Below the pieces are notes generated by a model. It saw only the letters and a program-made list of their open reading frames with translations, searched no databases and was not told the DNA's origin. A DNA stretch of 64,000 bases from the human T2T-CHM13v2.0 reference genome, Homo sapiens: the NCBI RefSeq assembly GCF_009914755.1, contig NC_060927.1, one strand, 5' to 3'. The translations under genes were made by a program, and so were the position numbers. The stretch's first letter is position 1. Each line of letters opens with the position of its first letter. Positions 30,990 to 48,400 of the stretch are shown piece by piece.

Positions 30990-33215
30990 TTTTTTTCTAT
31001 TTTTATTATTTTAAAATTAAACTTCTTATTTTGAGATAATTGTAGATTCACATGCAAGGTAAGAAATAACACCAAGAAATCCCACTTATTCGTCATCTAG
31101 CTTCCTGCAGTGGTAACATCTGGCAAAACTAAAGTACAGTGTCATAACCAGGATATTGACAATTGATACAGTCAAGATACAGAACACTTTCATCACAACA
31201 AGGATTTTTCATGTTGTCCTTTTATCACCACATTCACCTTAACTTCCCCAATCTCTTCCCTACTCCCAGTCCATGGCCCTGGCAACCATTGGTCTGGTCT
31301 CCAATAATTTTATGTCAGGAATGTTATATAAATGGAATCATGTAGTGTGTAATATTTTGGGATTAGCTTTTTTCAATCTGTAATTTTCTGGAGTTTCATT
31401 AGGTTGTGTGTATCAATAGTTTATTCCTTTTTATTGCTGAGTAGTATTCCATGGTATGAATGTACCAGTTTGTTTAACCATTTACCTACTCATTGAAGGG
31501 AATCTAGGTTTTTTTCCACTTTTCAGCTGCTTTACATATAAAGCTGCTATAAACATTCATTTATGTGAACATACATTTTCATTTTCCTGGGATAAATGGC
31601 CAAGAGTTCAATTGCTATGTTATATAGTAACTACAGGTTTTTTTTTTTTTTTTTTAAAGACACTACTAAACTGTTTTCCAGAGTGGGTATACCATTTTAC
31701 ATTTTTTACCTGCAGTATATGAGTGATCCAGTTTCTCCACATCTTTACCAGCATTTGATGTTGTCAGTGATGTGTAGTGAGTGATATCTCATTGTGGTTT
31801 TAATTTGCATTTTCCTAATGGCTAATGAAATGATGTTGAATATCTTTTCATGTGCTTATTTGGCATCTGAATATCCTCTTATGTGAAAGGTCTCTTCAAG
31901 TCTTTTTGTTCATTTTCTAATTAGACTTTTTTTTTCTGCTGAATTTTGGAAATTCTTTATATAATCTAGGTACTAGTAAGATACGTGGTTTTCAAATATT
32001 TTCTCCTGGTCTGTAGCTTGTCTTTTAATCCTCTTTGCAAGGTCTTTTACAGATCAGAAGTTTTTAAATTTGATGAAATTCAGGTTATCAGATTTTCCAT
32101 TTATGAATCATGCTTTTGGTATTAAATATGAGGTCTTTTCCAGTTTAGATCCTGAAGATTTTCTCCTATTATTTTCCTAAAAATATTTCTTCTAATATTT
32201 TCTACTTTTATATTTTATATTTTTGTCCCTACTTGTAGAATATGTGAGGTTTAGGTTGAGGTTCCTTTTTAAAAAAAAAAAAATGTATGGATATCCAATT
32301 GTACCAGCACCATTTGTTGAAAAGGCTATCTTTCTTTCATTGAACTGCTTTTGTACCTTTGTCAAAAATCAGTTTGGCATATTTATGGAGGTCGTTTTCT
32401 GTTCTGTTCCATTGATCTATGTGTCCTTCCTTCTGCCAATATCATACAGTCTTGATTACTATAGCAATACAGTGTGTCTTGAAATCAGGTAGTGATTCCC
32501 CCCACTTTATTCTTCTTTTTCAGCATTATTTTAGCTATTCTAATTCCTTTGGCTTTACATACAAATTTGAGAATAACTCTTTCTATATATAAAATATCTT
32601 GCTGAGATTTTGATAGAAATTGGATTATACCAATTTAGGGAGAATTGATATCTTTACTATTTTGAGTCTTCCAAACATAAACATAGTATCTCTCTCCGTT
32701 TATTTAGATCTTCAATATATTTCATCAGCATTTTGTAGTTTTCAGCATACGAATCTTGTACATATTTTGTTATATCTACACCTGAGTATTTAATTTTTTG
32801 GAGCAGTTGTAAATATATATATATGTATGTATTGTATTTTCAATTTCAGTGTTCAGGTGCTCACTGGGTATATATATAAATGCAGTTGATTGTTCTGTTT
32901 GTATCTTGAAACATGCAACCTTGCTGAACTTACTAGTTCTAGTTTTATTGTCGATTTCTTGGGATTTTCTATGTAGATAATTATGCCATCTCAATTAAGG
33001 AGAGTTTTATTTTTTCCTTCTAATATGTATGCCTTTTATTTCCCCTTCTTGCATTGTTGCTCTGGCTAGATATTCTAGCACTATATTGAATAAGTGCAGT
33101 GAGGGTGGATATCCTTGCCATTTTCCCAACCTTAGGGGGAAAAACACTGAGTCTTTTACTACTAATTATAATAAAGCTGTAGGGTTTTTTTTTTTGTAAG
33201 TGCCCTTTACTAAAT
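30990..33215 (-). mobile_element. Old L1M (L1MB/L1MC-like) 3' fragment
   Basis: Antisense L1 3'UTR and ORF2 motifs (ATATCTCATTGTGGTTTTAATTTGCATTT; CAGCACCATTTGTTGAAAAG). Confidence 0.85.
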
Positions 33216-33469
33216 TGATTTTTAAATTTGTAAATAAGCAGGTTAACTTAATGATGAGGAAGGGTCCTAATGGCTTTATGAAGTAGTCAGGTGGTCTGTT
33301 TGACTAATGAGCTTGAAGTATATATTGCCCTATCTCAAAAACTTTCTCCTAATCTGAATGATATTTACTAAACACTCATTGTTTTTGAGTAAGGGCATCT
33401 TACTGAATGGAAAACCTCTTAGAAGGATTAGTATTTCATACTGCTATCACTCTTATCTACAAAGAATAG

Positions 33470-33898
<429 letters not shown>

Positions 33899-35624
33899 TA
33901 GTTTTCCTAGTTGAAGCACAGACAGGAACTCTGGAAAGGATCTGAAGCCTAATTTAACCTTTTTAAAACATTTACATTATTTTTATATTAAATAACTATA
34001 ATTTTAAAAGTATGAACACTGCATTTGAGAAGTTTGTTTCATAGTTTATTTTCAAATGGTTCTACATTTGTTTAATATATTGCATTTGTTAATGTCTCCT
34101 CCAAAGTGCATCTTGTAGAACACCAGAACATCCTGTTAATGATAGGCCTTTTGTCAAGAATGACAGCATGTCATTATTTTACTTTCAAAACGAGAGGATG
34201 ATATAATACCAAGTTATAAGAATGAAGCACAAATTATATTTCACAAAAAGCAGATAACTTACTTCATTTGGGAACATAATTACAGTATTTCATATCTTCT
34301 CAAGTTTCACAAAAATGCCCTAAGTAATTAGCTCATATAGGCACTAATAATTTGAAAGGGTTATTACATTTTTTTCTATAGCAGTTTTGGTTACAGAACA
34401 TTATTTACAATTTAATAGCATTGAAAACTTTTGTGCAATGTATTTATTTAACATTGCTTACTTAATGATTCAGGTAAAGTCAGAAGACCACTCTTGTGGA
34501 CCTATTATTTTAAAATCACATTGTCTTGTTTTCTACATCATAATGAATATCATGTTTTCTCTTTCCTTGCTGAACTTCTAGAAAACCTATTCTCTAAAAT
34601 GTATTGCTTCACATAAAATACATTTCAGCCTTTTCTCCCTTGACTGCTATGATGAAATAACATTCTAATAGCTTTCACAATGTGAAGTTTATAGCATTTC
34701 TGTTTTATTCATCAGGCTGCAAATCTACTCCACCCATCAAGAGTTTTCTTTAGAATAAAGATAGGACACTTTGCCAGGAGCAGGGCAAGAACTGCAATTA
34801 ATAGGCAAGGATTAATGATGAAAGTGACTTACAGTAAGCAACAATTTTCAAATTGAGAAGAAGAAACTAAAATGCAAGATGGGCAAAAATTTTAAGAAAA
34901 TATCCATCTGTTCCTAATTAGTTCAGATTTATTGACATGGATGAATTATATTTCTGAGGGCTGATAGTGTCTTTGCATAGGATTGCAGAGCCACTCTTGG
35001 TTATGTCTGAAGACATGCAGAGAGTAATAGGATAATGCACAAATGCCATTTCATGTATACAGTGCCCATAAATTACAACCAATGAACTTAATTTCAATCC
35101 TAGACAAGATTTAGAATATATTATGAAAGGGTGATTTGTGAGGATATATTAGACAAAACATAACCCTTGGGCCAATTTTATGTTCACTGAGAGCAAGCAT
35201 GTAGGCTTTGCCATTTCATTTTATGTAGGATTACTAGATCCAGGAACCATATTAGGCATAGAATATATGGACTTTATGAAAACATTTGACAAAGTTTGTC
35301 ATAATATTCCTGAAGACAGTATAAAATAAATATAGGCTGGTAACAAAGATAATTGGATAATTTAATGATCAGATTAAGAGTTGTACCTGAAATATGCTGA
35401 ATAATAGAACAGTATCAACCAATGTGATATGACATGCTGTGGAGTTCTGTCCTCAACTTAGTCAATTCAGCATTTTAAAATCAGAGAGTGAGATACATAA
35501 AATGACTTATAAGGATCAACTTTGCAAAAGACATAAAGCTTAGAATTTCCTGGATACCAGTGGCAGTAACTAAGGTAATAACCAAAGGCAATAACTATGT
35601 CTAAGACATATATATCTATGTTAT

Positions 35625-36970
<1,346 letters not shown>

Positions 36971-39501
36971 TAAGATATATATTTTTATATATTTTATATA
37001 TTTGTATATATTTACATTTACATCTGTAGTTCTGTACTTGGATCTGAAAAGCCAAATGCTCACATAATAGAATGGAAAGTATTGGTCGCAAGGAATATGG
37101 AGCTTAAGGGAGAAAAGAGAAAATAGTAGAGGAAGATTGGGCATGAATTCCAAATGGCAAGTAGGGAAGCCACAACTCAAGAGGGTCTGAAGTGAGGAAC
37201 TGGAAGAGTTTGGGGTATAAGACAGTGGCTGGTTCCTTATTTTCTCTCTCTTTCTGGAGCTACAGTGTCCTCATCTCAGCTTCTGTCTCTGTGTCTACTC
37301 ATTCATGTCTCAGAATTTTAGTTATGTTAGTTACTTTGTATCTTGTGCATGACATTTTCTGTCTTATGGCTGTGCCAAAGGTGACCTAAGTGCCTGAATC
37401 TTCAACAATTACACGCCCAGTTGGCTCATACCAGCTTGGGCTTGGTTCTTCTGGGTCTGATGTCCAATCCTGGTTCACCAGTCAGCCATGGCTAGGGTAG
37501 ATAGGTGGAGGGAGTCTTAGTCACATTGCCAAACATAGCAGCCAGGGCTGCTATGGATTCTCTAAAATGGAAACATAGATAGAAAGGAAATAATTGGTAT
37601 ATTCAGTATAATGAGACGTTGGTTTGCACTGCAGTATTTTTAAAATCAGGGGTTTTATTTAACATAAAGCCAGTTATAGTATATAAAAGCAAAATATAAT
37701 TGCTAAAAATATTAAAGACCAATCAGATCTAAGGTTGCATTAGAACGTATTACAATGATATTAGTAATGAGATATTAGAATGAGAGAAGTTTGAGTCTTC
37801 TCTCATTCTGTTTTAGTGAGACCAGCCACACTAAACTATTGCATCTGGGCACCATACTTTGAAACACATGTAGAACACTGGAAAAAATTTAGAGAAATCT
37901 AGAATGAGGAAGAAATTCAGCTGAAGAAATTGTAAGTGTTGACCTAGAGAAGAGAAGACATGGAGTGTTCCTGATAGCTGTCTTCAAATATTAGAAAGAC
38001 CTTCATGTGAAAGGGGCCTGGGGATGTCCCACATGGTTTCTAAGAGGACTGGAACTGGTGCACACTTCAGGGAGGCGGATTTGTGATGAGCCTAAGAAAG
38101 GATTTCCTGAGAGACACAACTGGCAGAAGATGGAACAGAATGCTTTAAAAAGTAGTTTCCCATCATTTGGGATGTTAAAATAAAGGATAGGCAACAACAT
38201 ATTTAAGTTGAAGTAGATTAATGGAATTGAATCCATCTAGAGCTTGAACCAGATTATCTTTATGATTACTTTTATAAATCTATACATTTTATATAGTGGC
38301 AAGTAGTTGATATAATCATTAATCTATATCCCATAATACTGTATTATGGTTTTTAATTTAAAATTTTTACTATTAAAGTTTAAAGGAGCCAAATTTTACT
38401 TTATAAAAATGTGTTTTTTTTTCTTCCAGTTGACATTTGTGTAATGACATTGGTAGGCAGATATGGTGGCATTACTATTAGTTACAGCAACAGTTTCTAT
38501 AGTTTCAAGGGAGGTTACTTTAAGAGTAAATCTTGGATAATCCAAGAGTTAATTTCAAATTTAGTGCCCTGGAGCAAGCATTTTATGAAGCCATCTCTTA
38601 TCCTTTATGAATAGGAAAACAAGCAGAGGCTACTGAGAAATATTTATACCTGAAACAGAAAAAAGAACTATCTCCCTTCTGACTTGGCTAAAATTTCATT
38701 TTTCACTGGCCCTATGCTGGCCAAAAGTCACACAACACTTTATCTGAAGGAAGGAAGAGGATCTATCCAATATACATGTGATAGATAAATATAATACAGA
38801 TGGTTAAAGGCACAGGTGCTGGTTTTAAATAGACCTGAGTTTTAATCCCAGCTTCTCCGCATATCAGCTGGTTATTTAACTTCAGTAGTCTCAGTTTTTT
38901 AAAAAAAGTCTGTAAAATGGGTATAACCGTACCTACTAAGAACTGATTTGGGGAGAAGAGATTAGGTTCAAAGTATTTTTCCTATTTGTAGATTTATGAC
39001 AGAATGTTAAATTTCTGTAAAAATCATAAAATGCTGAAACTGAACAGAAACAGAATTCATTTGGTGAAATGTCATAATTTTACAGATGAGGAAAATAAGA
39101 TCTGAAAAAGCCAGGAGAACAGAGCAGTTTGCAATTAAAGAACAGTGATTTCCTCCCACTTCGTGGAAAATTCATCTTAAAACCGGAATTATAAAGATTA
39201 TAAATTTTTCACTATTTTTGGTTTTATTTTATGGAAAATATTTCAAGAGTAAATTTTTCTTAGAGATACCATGGAGAAACAATTGCTCTGAAAGATCTTT
39301 TTCTAATCCCAAGATTTTGTGTCAGACTCAATATGCCAGTTTAAAATTTTTTATACAAGTGTTAGCAATGTCGTAATTATTGCTCCAAGGCATAGTATAC
39401 TATGTATTTACTTCATTCAACCAGCATGGCTACAATATCTTCAGTTGAACTTGTTTTTTCAGAATTAAAAAAATTTGGTAAGTGTATGTTCTGTTTCCTA
39501 G

Positions 39502-39783
<282 letters not shown>

Positions 39784-40762
39784 TGAATGTTTTTCTAAAA
39801 TTTCTCTACATCAGGTATAGTTTATACTTTAATGCATTTGTTTCTTAATTATATTAATAATTACTAAATATAATTATTATAGTTTGCTTTCTTTTGAGGC
39901 ATATATTTACTATCTGAAAAATTAGAAACCAATTAATTTAGTAACCACCAGCTGAGACATTCAAATTTTTTTCCCAGGTATATATATCTTACGTTTTATT
40001 ATTAGGAAAATTTATCTATCAAAAATCAGATTAATTTTGGTAGTTTTTCATACATTTATTTTTAAATGGCTTTGGATTTTTAGATTTGTAGAATAAGGCT
40101 TTCATGTTTTGAAAAAGATGCCAAGACGTTCAAATTAGTGTGTGATTTTAAATTATTGGAATTGGAAATAAATTAAAGAATGGGTTTCTAATTTTGTAGA
40201 ATCTAATCAGCAATCTAGCCTGCCTAAAGACACTTCAGTGAGCCTACACAGGAGAGTTTTTGCTGGTGTTTTATAGTTTTTCCTATGAATGAAAATTTCT
40301 TGATTTAAAGTATTGACAGTTGATGTTAAGAGACCTTGAGTTAATGAATTTAATGAATAAATTTAATGAATAACATGTCTGTGTAGTGGAAACTTGCTTA
40401 AGTCTCTTTGGATTAAATACTTTTATTAAATTTTGTTACAGAATTTTATATAAAAATATATAATTGTATTAAATGCCAGTTGAGCCAGATATTTCTTAGT
40501 TTTTTACCAAAAAAAAGTTGTTATAGTTTATTTAATTTCACATCTGAATAATAAAGTATTTTATGATATTTTCATGGAAAAGCTTAAAAATTTGAAGTAT
40601 TATTTACAATTTTTAATTTGGAGGGGTTTTACCTGTCAGGGATTCTTTTGTTTGGTGTATTCACACCTTACTTTCTTTAATAAAATGTATTATACATGTA
40701 AGACATAAACACATGAAGTAAAAGAAGTATAGAGAATAAATAATAAGGCAAGAAAGTCTTTG

Positions 40763-41586
<824 letters not shown>

Positions 41587-44210
41587 TTATTTTCTTAATA
41601 TATGTAGTTTATATCTTTATCTTTTAATAGACTAGTTTTAACATTAGCAGTATATCAAACATATTGTTGTGCTGCTGACATTTGCCACTTAACTATATAT
41701 ATTGGAAATTGTTCCATGTTAATGTATGTAGATCTACCTTGTTCTTAACTACACCAACATTTTTGTTACCAAGAATATGCTATAATTTACTTAATCAATT
41801 TTCTTTTCAACATTTATATTATTTCCAATTTTTGTTATTACATGTAGTATTTGTATTTATGTTCTTGTGAACATATGTTGTTCCAAAGGATAAATTTCTA
41901 GAAGTGGAACTACTGAAAGAAAGCAAATGCCAGTTTAAAATTTTGATGGGTATTATACCAAGTAGTCCCTTGAGAAATTAGCATTAACTTACATTTGGCC
42001 AATAGTTGATGAAGTGACCACTTTCCTACATTTTGTTAATATTAGGTTTTTCTTAATTTTTTTCAATCTCTTGAGTGAAAAATGTTACCTCGTGGTTATT
42101 TAATTAGTATTTGTTTTTTGCCAATGAAGCTGAACATTTGTTTGTGTATTAGACATTTATATTGATTACCTATACACATATATTGACCATGTTATTGGGT
42201 TATTTGCTTATTTTTGTTTATTTGTAGGTGCTTTTAATATAATATTGGCATTATACTGTGTTTATATATGTTGTTAATATTTTCTCATGGTTGCTTGTCC
42301 TTTCACTTCATTGTATTTTTTTGCTGTATCTTTTAAAAATTTTAATAATATCCTGTGCCAGGTTCTGGTTGGTTAAGAGTTTTGTGTCAAGTTCTTTTAG
42401 TTGCAAACAATGGAAACTTATCTGACACGAACCTAAACACAAAAGAGAATTTATTGGAAGAGTATGAGGTGATAGCTCATTGAAAGAAAGGAAAAACTCA
42501 AGAACCCTGGCTTTGGAAATGGACTAGAAACAGAGCTTGTTCAGGGATCTGGGAAATCTGGGGTAAATTCACTCAACTTTTTTTTCCTTGCATCATTCCC
42601 TTCAAGATTCAAATCCCAGAAGAGTCTCACTGGCTTTACTTCTTTTATGTGACCACCCTCCAATTCCACCCCCTTAGCCTGATGAAGGGGGGAACCTTGA
42701 TTGATAGGTCTATGAAGACTTCATACAATGAAAGCAAAGGTATTCACTAAAGAGAAGTTAGAGTACTGTTATCAGAAGAAGAGGGAATAGACTCACGCAA
42801 GTAGAAACAACAACATATGTTTAAAACTTATAGTATTAGAATTAGCTTTTTAATCTATTTAGTATTAATTTTGTGTATAATTTGAGGTAGATTTCCAATT
42901 TCATGTTTGTTGTTTCTCAGATGTCTGGCTGTTGGCCCAATATCACTTATTAAATTCTTCATCCTCTCTCCCTTGACTTGAAATGCCACCTATTAATTTT
43001 TCTTCTAGCGTATTTCTGGACGGTCTGTTTTGTGTTATTGATTTATTGTCTATCATTGAGTCAGGGCCACACTTTTAACTACTTTAGCTTTATAATATGT
43101 TTTTGATATTTTGTAGGACAAGTGTTTGGTTTGCCTTTCAGGTTACCCTGGCTTTTTAGTATATTTTCTTTTCTGGACGAACTCTAGAATCAGCTTGTCC
43201 GATTCCATAAAACATGCTGTGTTATGATTTAGACTGGGATTGCATTTACTTTCTAGAGCAGTTATATTATCTCGATAATTGACATCTTTATAATCTTAAG
43301 GCTTCTTATCCAGGAACATGGATTCCCCATTTATTCAGATGTTCTTTAAATCCTTCAATACAATTTTATAATTTTTAAATACATCGTGTATTAGTTTAAT
43401 CCTTGGACATATTTTTGTTGCTTTTGGGAAAGATGTCTTTTTATTACATTTTTTTGAATGCTATTTATTTCTGTAGCTAGCTTCCTCATTGAATTCTTTT
43501 ATTAGTTGTTTGAATTTTTTAATTTTCTTGAATATTTGTTATATATGTTTATAACACACACATACCTGTAAAACAGTCACATCATATGCAAATAGTGCCT
43601 GTCATCTTTTTATTTCCAATAGTTATACCCTTTTCCTCCTTTTTCTTGTCTTATTAAATTAGATTGGACCTGTAGAACAGTGTTGAATAATAAACTTGTA
43701 GAATGCATCTTTATATTTATTTCTAATGTAATGCAATCCTGCCTAGTATGTTTCTGTTTTTAAAAGGACATCTGCTATAGGTTTCTTAAAGATACCTTTT
43801 ATCAATTTAAGGAATTCTTCCTTTTATTTCTAGTTCTTTAAGTTTATTTAAAATCAGATGACTATTGAATTTTAATAAATGCTTTTCTATCTTCTATTGA
43901 GATGATCATATGATTTGTTTTCCTTTAATCTGTTAATATAGTAAATCATACTAATGGATTTTCTAATATGAAGCTAAACTTACATTTTTGATAGAAAGCC
44001 ATTTTGATCATGTTACGTATTTCAGGGTTCCCAAAGTCTCATGTATTTGCTTGCCTTCTTCATGATTCTTGCCACTGCTATAAGTACTCTGCACTATTCT
44101 ATTTTTCTGTGAATTATCCCTTAAATATATGTATTTCTATGCATATAGTAAGTGGAAAAACACTTATCACTTGCCATAAATAGAAGATTTAAAAAATAAG
44201 TATATAGCTA

Positions 44211-44405
44211 CAGGTTGAGTAACTTTTATCTTTGGATAAAAGCATTGGATAAAAGTACTTTGGTCCAGAAGTGTTTTGGATTTTGAAATATTTTCAAAAT
44301 ACATACCAGTTGAGCATCTAATCTGAAAATCCAAAATGTGAAATGCACTAATGAATGTTTCCTTTGAAAATTATGTTGACACTCAAGAAGTTTTGGATTT
44401 TGGAT
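44211..44405. mobile_element. Tigger4/MER46-like DNA transposon fragment
   Basis: TA-CAGGTTGAGTA start; AATCTGAAAATCCAAAAT..GAAATGC core. Confidence 0.65.
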
Positions 44406-45124
44406 AATTTCTTTATTAAAATCAAAGTGTTTTGTTTCTGTAACACTAACAAAATTGCCCATGCTAATGGTGATATGTGAAATAGTTTATGAAGAGCATT
44501 GTTCTTTTGAAATAATGCTGCTAATATTTTACATAGCTATTTGCGTCTGTGTTCACAGGTGAGGTTGGCCTATAGTTTTCTTGTGGCATACAGACTAGGT
44601 TATACTTATCTTTTCTAATAAGTTAAGAAGGCTTTTGGCTTTGGTGTGCACCAGACATCTTAAATAGCACATGAATTTTTTGTTCTTTGAAGATTTGGTA
44701 GATCTTCATTAAAAATGTATTTTGTAGGGGGAGGGTTGGTTGAATTTTGATGACCTATTATGTTTCCTCTGTAATTATTGGTTTACTTATGGATTTTTTA
44801 CCTCTTTTTGAGTCAGTTTTGGAAGTGTTTTCTTGGAAAATCAAGCATTTCACTTGCATTTCAAATTTCTGGATGTTTAGTATTATAGAGTATCCTCTTA
44901 TTTAGAAGCTTTCCTCTGTATCTGTTATGACTCCATTTCTCTTTCCTTGAGTAGTTTATTTGCGTTTGATTGAGAAAGAGACAAGAAAGAGAGTGAAGGA
45001 CAGAGAGAGAGAGAGCTTTTTTTCCTAGGAAAATAAACAAATTTGTCTATTTTGGCCTTTTTAAAGAACCAGATTTTTGTTTAAATTAATCAAATATGTT
45101 CCTTTTTAAAATTTATATTTATCA

Positions 45125-45425
<301 letters not shown>

Positions 45426-48400
45426 ATCTGTTTTCTATCCTTTCTTTAATGTTTAGTTTTCTTTCTACTTACTTGAGTTGAAGTCTTTGGTTAATTTATT
45501 TTCAGTCTCTTTTTCTAATAAATAAATTTAAAGCTATTAAGTTTTCCTGTGGCAACAGTCTTTGGCAACAACAAACTTTTTGATAATAGTATTTTATTTT
45601 CATTTACTTCTAAATAAGATGAAGTTTAGTTTTTATTTGCTTTTTAATCCAAGAAATACTTGGAGGAATGTTTTTAAATTTCTAAATGGATAGGTTGTTT
45701 TTTGACTATCCTTTTATCTATGTCTATTTTTATTCCAGGTTGAAGAGAATATAACCTATTTGGGAGACCGTATTAAGAGTTTAATAAACAATAAGTTTTG
45801 GAAATATTCTGTAGTTACTCAAAAGTGTACATAGTCTCCTTTTAATGGATATAACTTTGTAATAGATCCATTAAATTACACTGGTTAATTGCAGTATTCA
45901 AATTACATATATTTGTACTTAGTTTTGTCAGTTTCACTTGAAAAATGATAAGGGAATATTGAAGTCCTTCAAAATGAATATGGATTTATCAGTTTCTGTC
46001 TATGTCAAAATTAAGTTCATGGGGGTATATAAAACCATCTTTTTAGATTTTATATGTTTTGCTGATATAGAATATCCTTCTTGACCTTAAATTTTTCTAA
46101 CACTGGATTAAAAAAATTATAGTTTGTATCTTTACACTTCACAACGTTTTATACTGACTTTTTAACAAATTAATAAACTTTATTTTTTAGAGCAGTTTTA
46201 AGTTCACAGCAAAATTGAGTGGATCAGAAAGTTTTCATATAACACAGTCCCCACACTCACACAGCCTCCTCTTCACACCACAATGATACATTTGTTATAG
46301 TTGATAAAGCTACATTGACACATCATCATCATCCCAAATATATAGTTTACATTACGTTTTACTCTTGGTATTATACATTCTAAGGGGTTTGACAAATGTA
46401 TAAAGACATTATCCACCATTGCAGAATACAGAATAGTTTCATTAATACAGAATAGTTTCATTCATACAGAACAGTTTCACTACCCTAAAAATACTCTGTG
46501 TTCTACTTATGCATCCTCCTTCCCCGTTAACACTTAGCAACCACTGATCTATACTGTTGGTGTTTGGCTGGAGTACGGCAAGTACTGCCAAGAATACTTT
46601 CTGTCATTCAGTCGCCCTTCCCCTACTCAGCTAGGTGGATTAAATTTTTCTTGGAGCTCTTTTTTGTCTATGGCTGTTGGTGGTTCTGGGTTGGAGACTT
46701 CGACAGCACCTTGTCTGGGATATATGAGAGTCAATAAGAAAACTCATGGATTTTATTGCCTTGGTATTTATCAAGTCCGAAGGTCCCTAGGCCATCTGCC
46801 TTCTTTCCACTTTTCAGAGTCTTTCTATGCTGCTTATGTTATGTTCGGGGTGTTTCAGTTGTAAGGAGGATCTGGGAACAATGGGACTACTCCATCTTGG
46901 TGGAAATCTTGGGTTGGTTTTTTAGTCAAATTAAATATTATTTTGAGTAACTTAGAATATTTCTAAAGAAGGTAATTGGTTAAATTCTCACAAATATCAG
47001 TAGATTACAGAAGTCAGTAGTTACACAATAAAATGCATCTCTAAGTGGCTGTTAAACATTTCCTCTTCAGTTTCTCCTCCGCTTATGCCAAATTGAGACT
47101 GTCATGTGGAGAGTTAATCCACAGTAATGTAGGCTTGTTTATGAGGGACAGCACTTAAGAGTTCGGTTGGCAATTATCTCATGTTAGGTGAGCCAGATAA
47201 GTCAGTTTAGAGCAGTCAGCCCAAGGATAGGGCTACCTAAGGTAGGTACCAAAGGTCCAGAGATCCAGACTGAGTCTACAGTTTGAGACCAAATTAATGC
47301 AGAGAGTGTGTCTGAATTTACAAATGGAGAGAATTGGAGGAAATAAGTGTACCTGGCTGGAGTAGAGGGTGATGGGGCAAACAAGGCAGCTTTTGTTAGT
47401 CATTTTCCTTCCTTGCTAAACCTACCTACCTCCAACCTAGACTGGCTGGATCAGTTAGGAATACAATCTATAGTAAGTGGCTTAAATGGACAAAGGTTTA
47501 TTTCTTGAAGGAAGAAGAAAGGGTATGGGCAGCTTAGTGATGTCACCAGGAACTCAATCCCTTTCTATCTCTCATTCTGTCTTGCTCAGTAAGTAGGCTT
47601 TTAGCCTTATACTGGTCTTATGATTTCATCATGGCTTCTGTATCACCAGATATCATGTTTAATTTCTAGGCAGGAATATGAAGGGGGAAGCAGTCAGGGG
47701 AAATGCTTATATTAGGAGATCAAAAACTTTTTCAGAAAGTTTCACCTTATGTGCTATTGGTCATGACTGCAGAGGAGTCTGAGGCATTGGCTGCAGGGTG
47801 TTGGCTTGTTGCTTCCTGAAACAATATCAGGTACTGTTGTAAGGAAGAAAAGGAAACAGACACTATCAGGGCCTGCCTCACTGGGCCATTAGATTTTTCT
47901 CCAGAGTATAATGTGTATGCTTAATTTCATTCACTGAGAGGAAGAAAAATAGTATCTTGAGAAAATAAATACATCAACAACTCCCTTTATAAAAGGTCTT
48001 ATCTTTTATACATGTCTCATCCAGGCTTCTGCTTTTTGTACTTTTGCAGCACTTTTTGGTGTTTATGGAAGTAGTGTAAAGGGCATTTATGCTAAAAATG
48101 ATTGGGACAACTTAATTTTGAATAATCAAGATTTGATAGAACAAAGAACTGATGCAGAACTGTAGTTCTTATGGGATGGGGCCTACTTCCTAGGGAACTA
48201 TTTTCAATCTCTGGGGCCTTTTCAATCCCTCACATCTCTCTTGAGATTCTGATTTGCCCATTTTGGGGTGTGGTAAGAATTCCTACAGTAAAATGAGGAC
48301 TGTTACTGATGGAAGTCTGCTTGGGCATAGGAACATGGGAAAGGCAGGGAAAAAACGTTGAGTACCATTGTGGAAAAACATTCATTTTCAGGCCATTGAA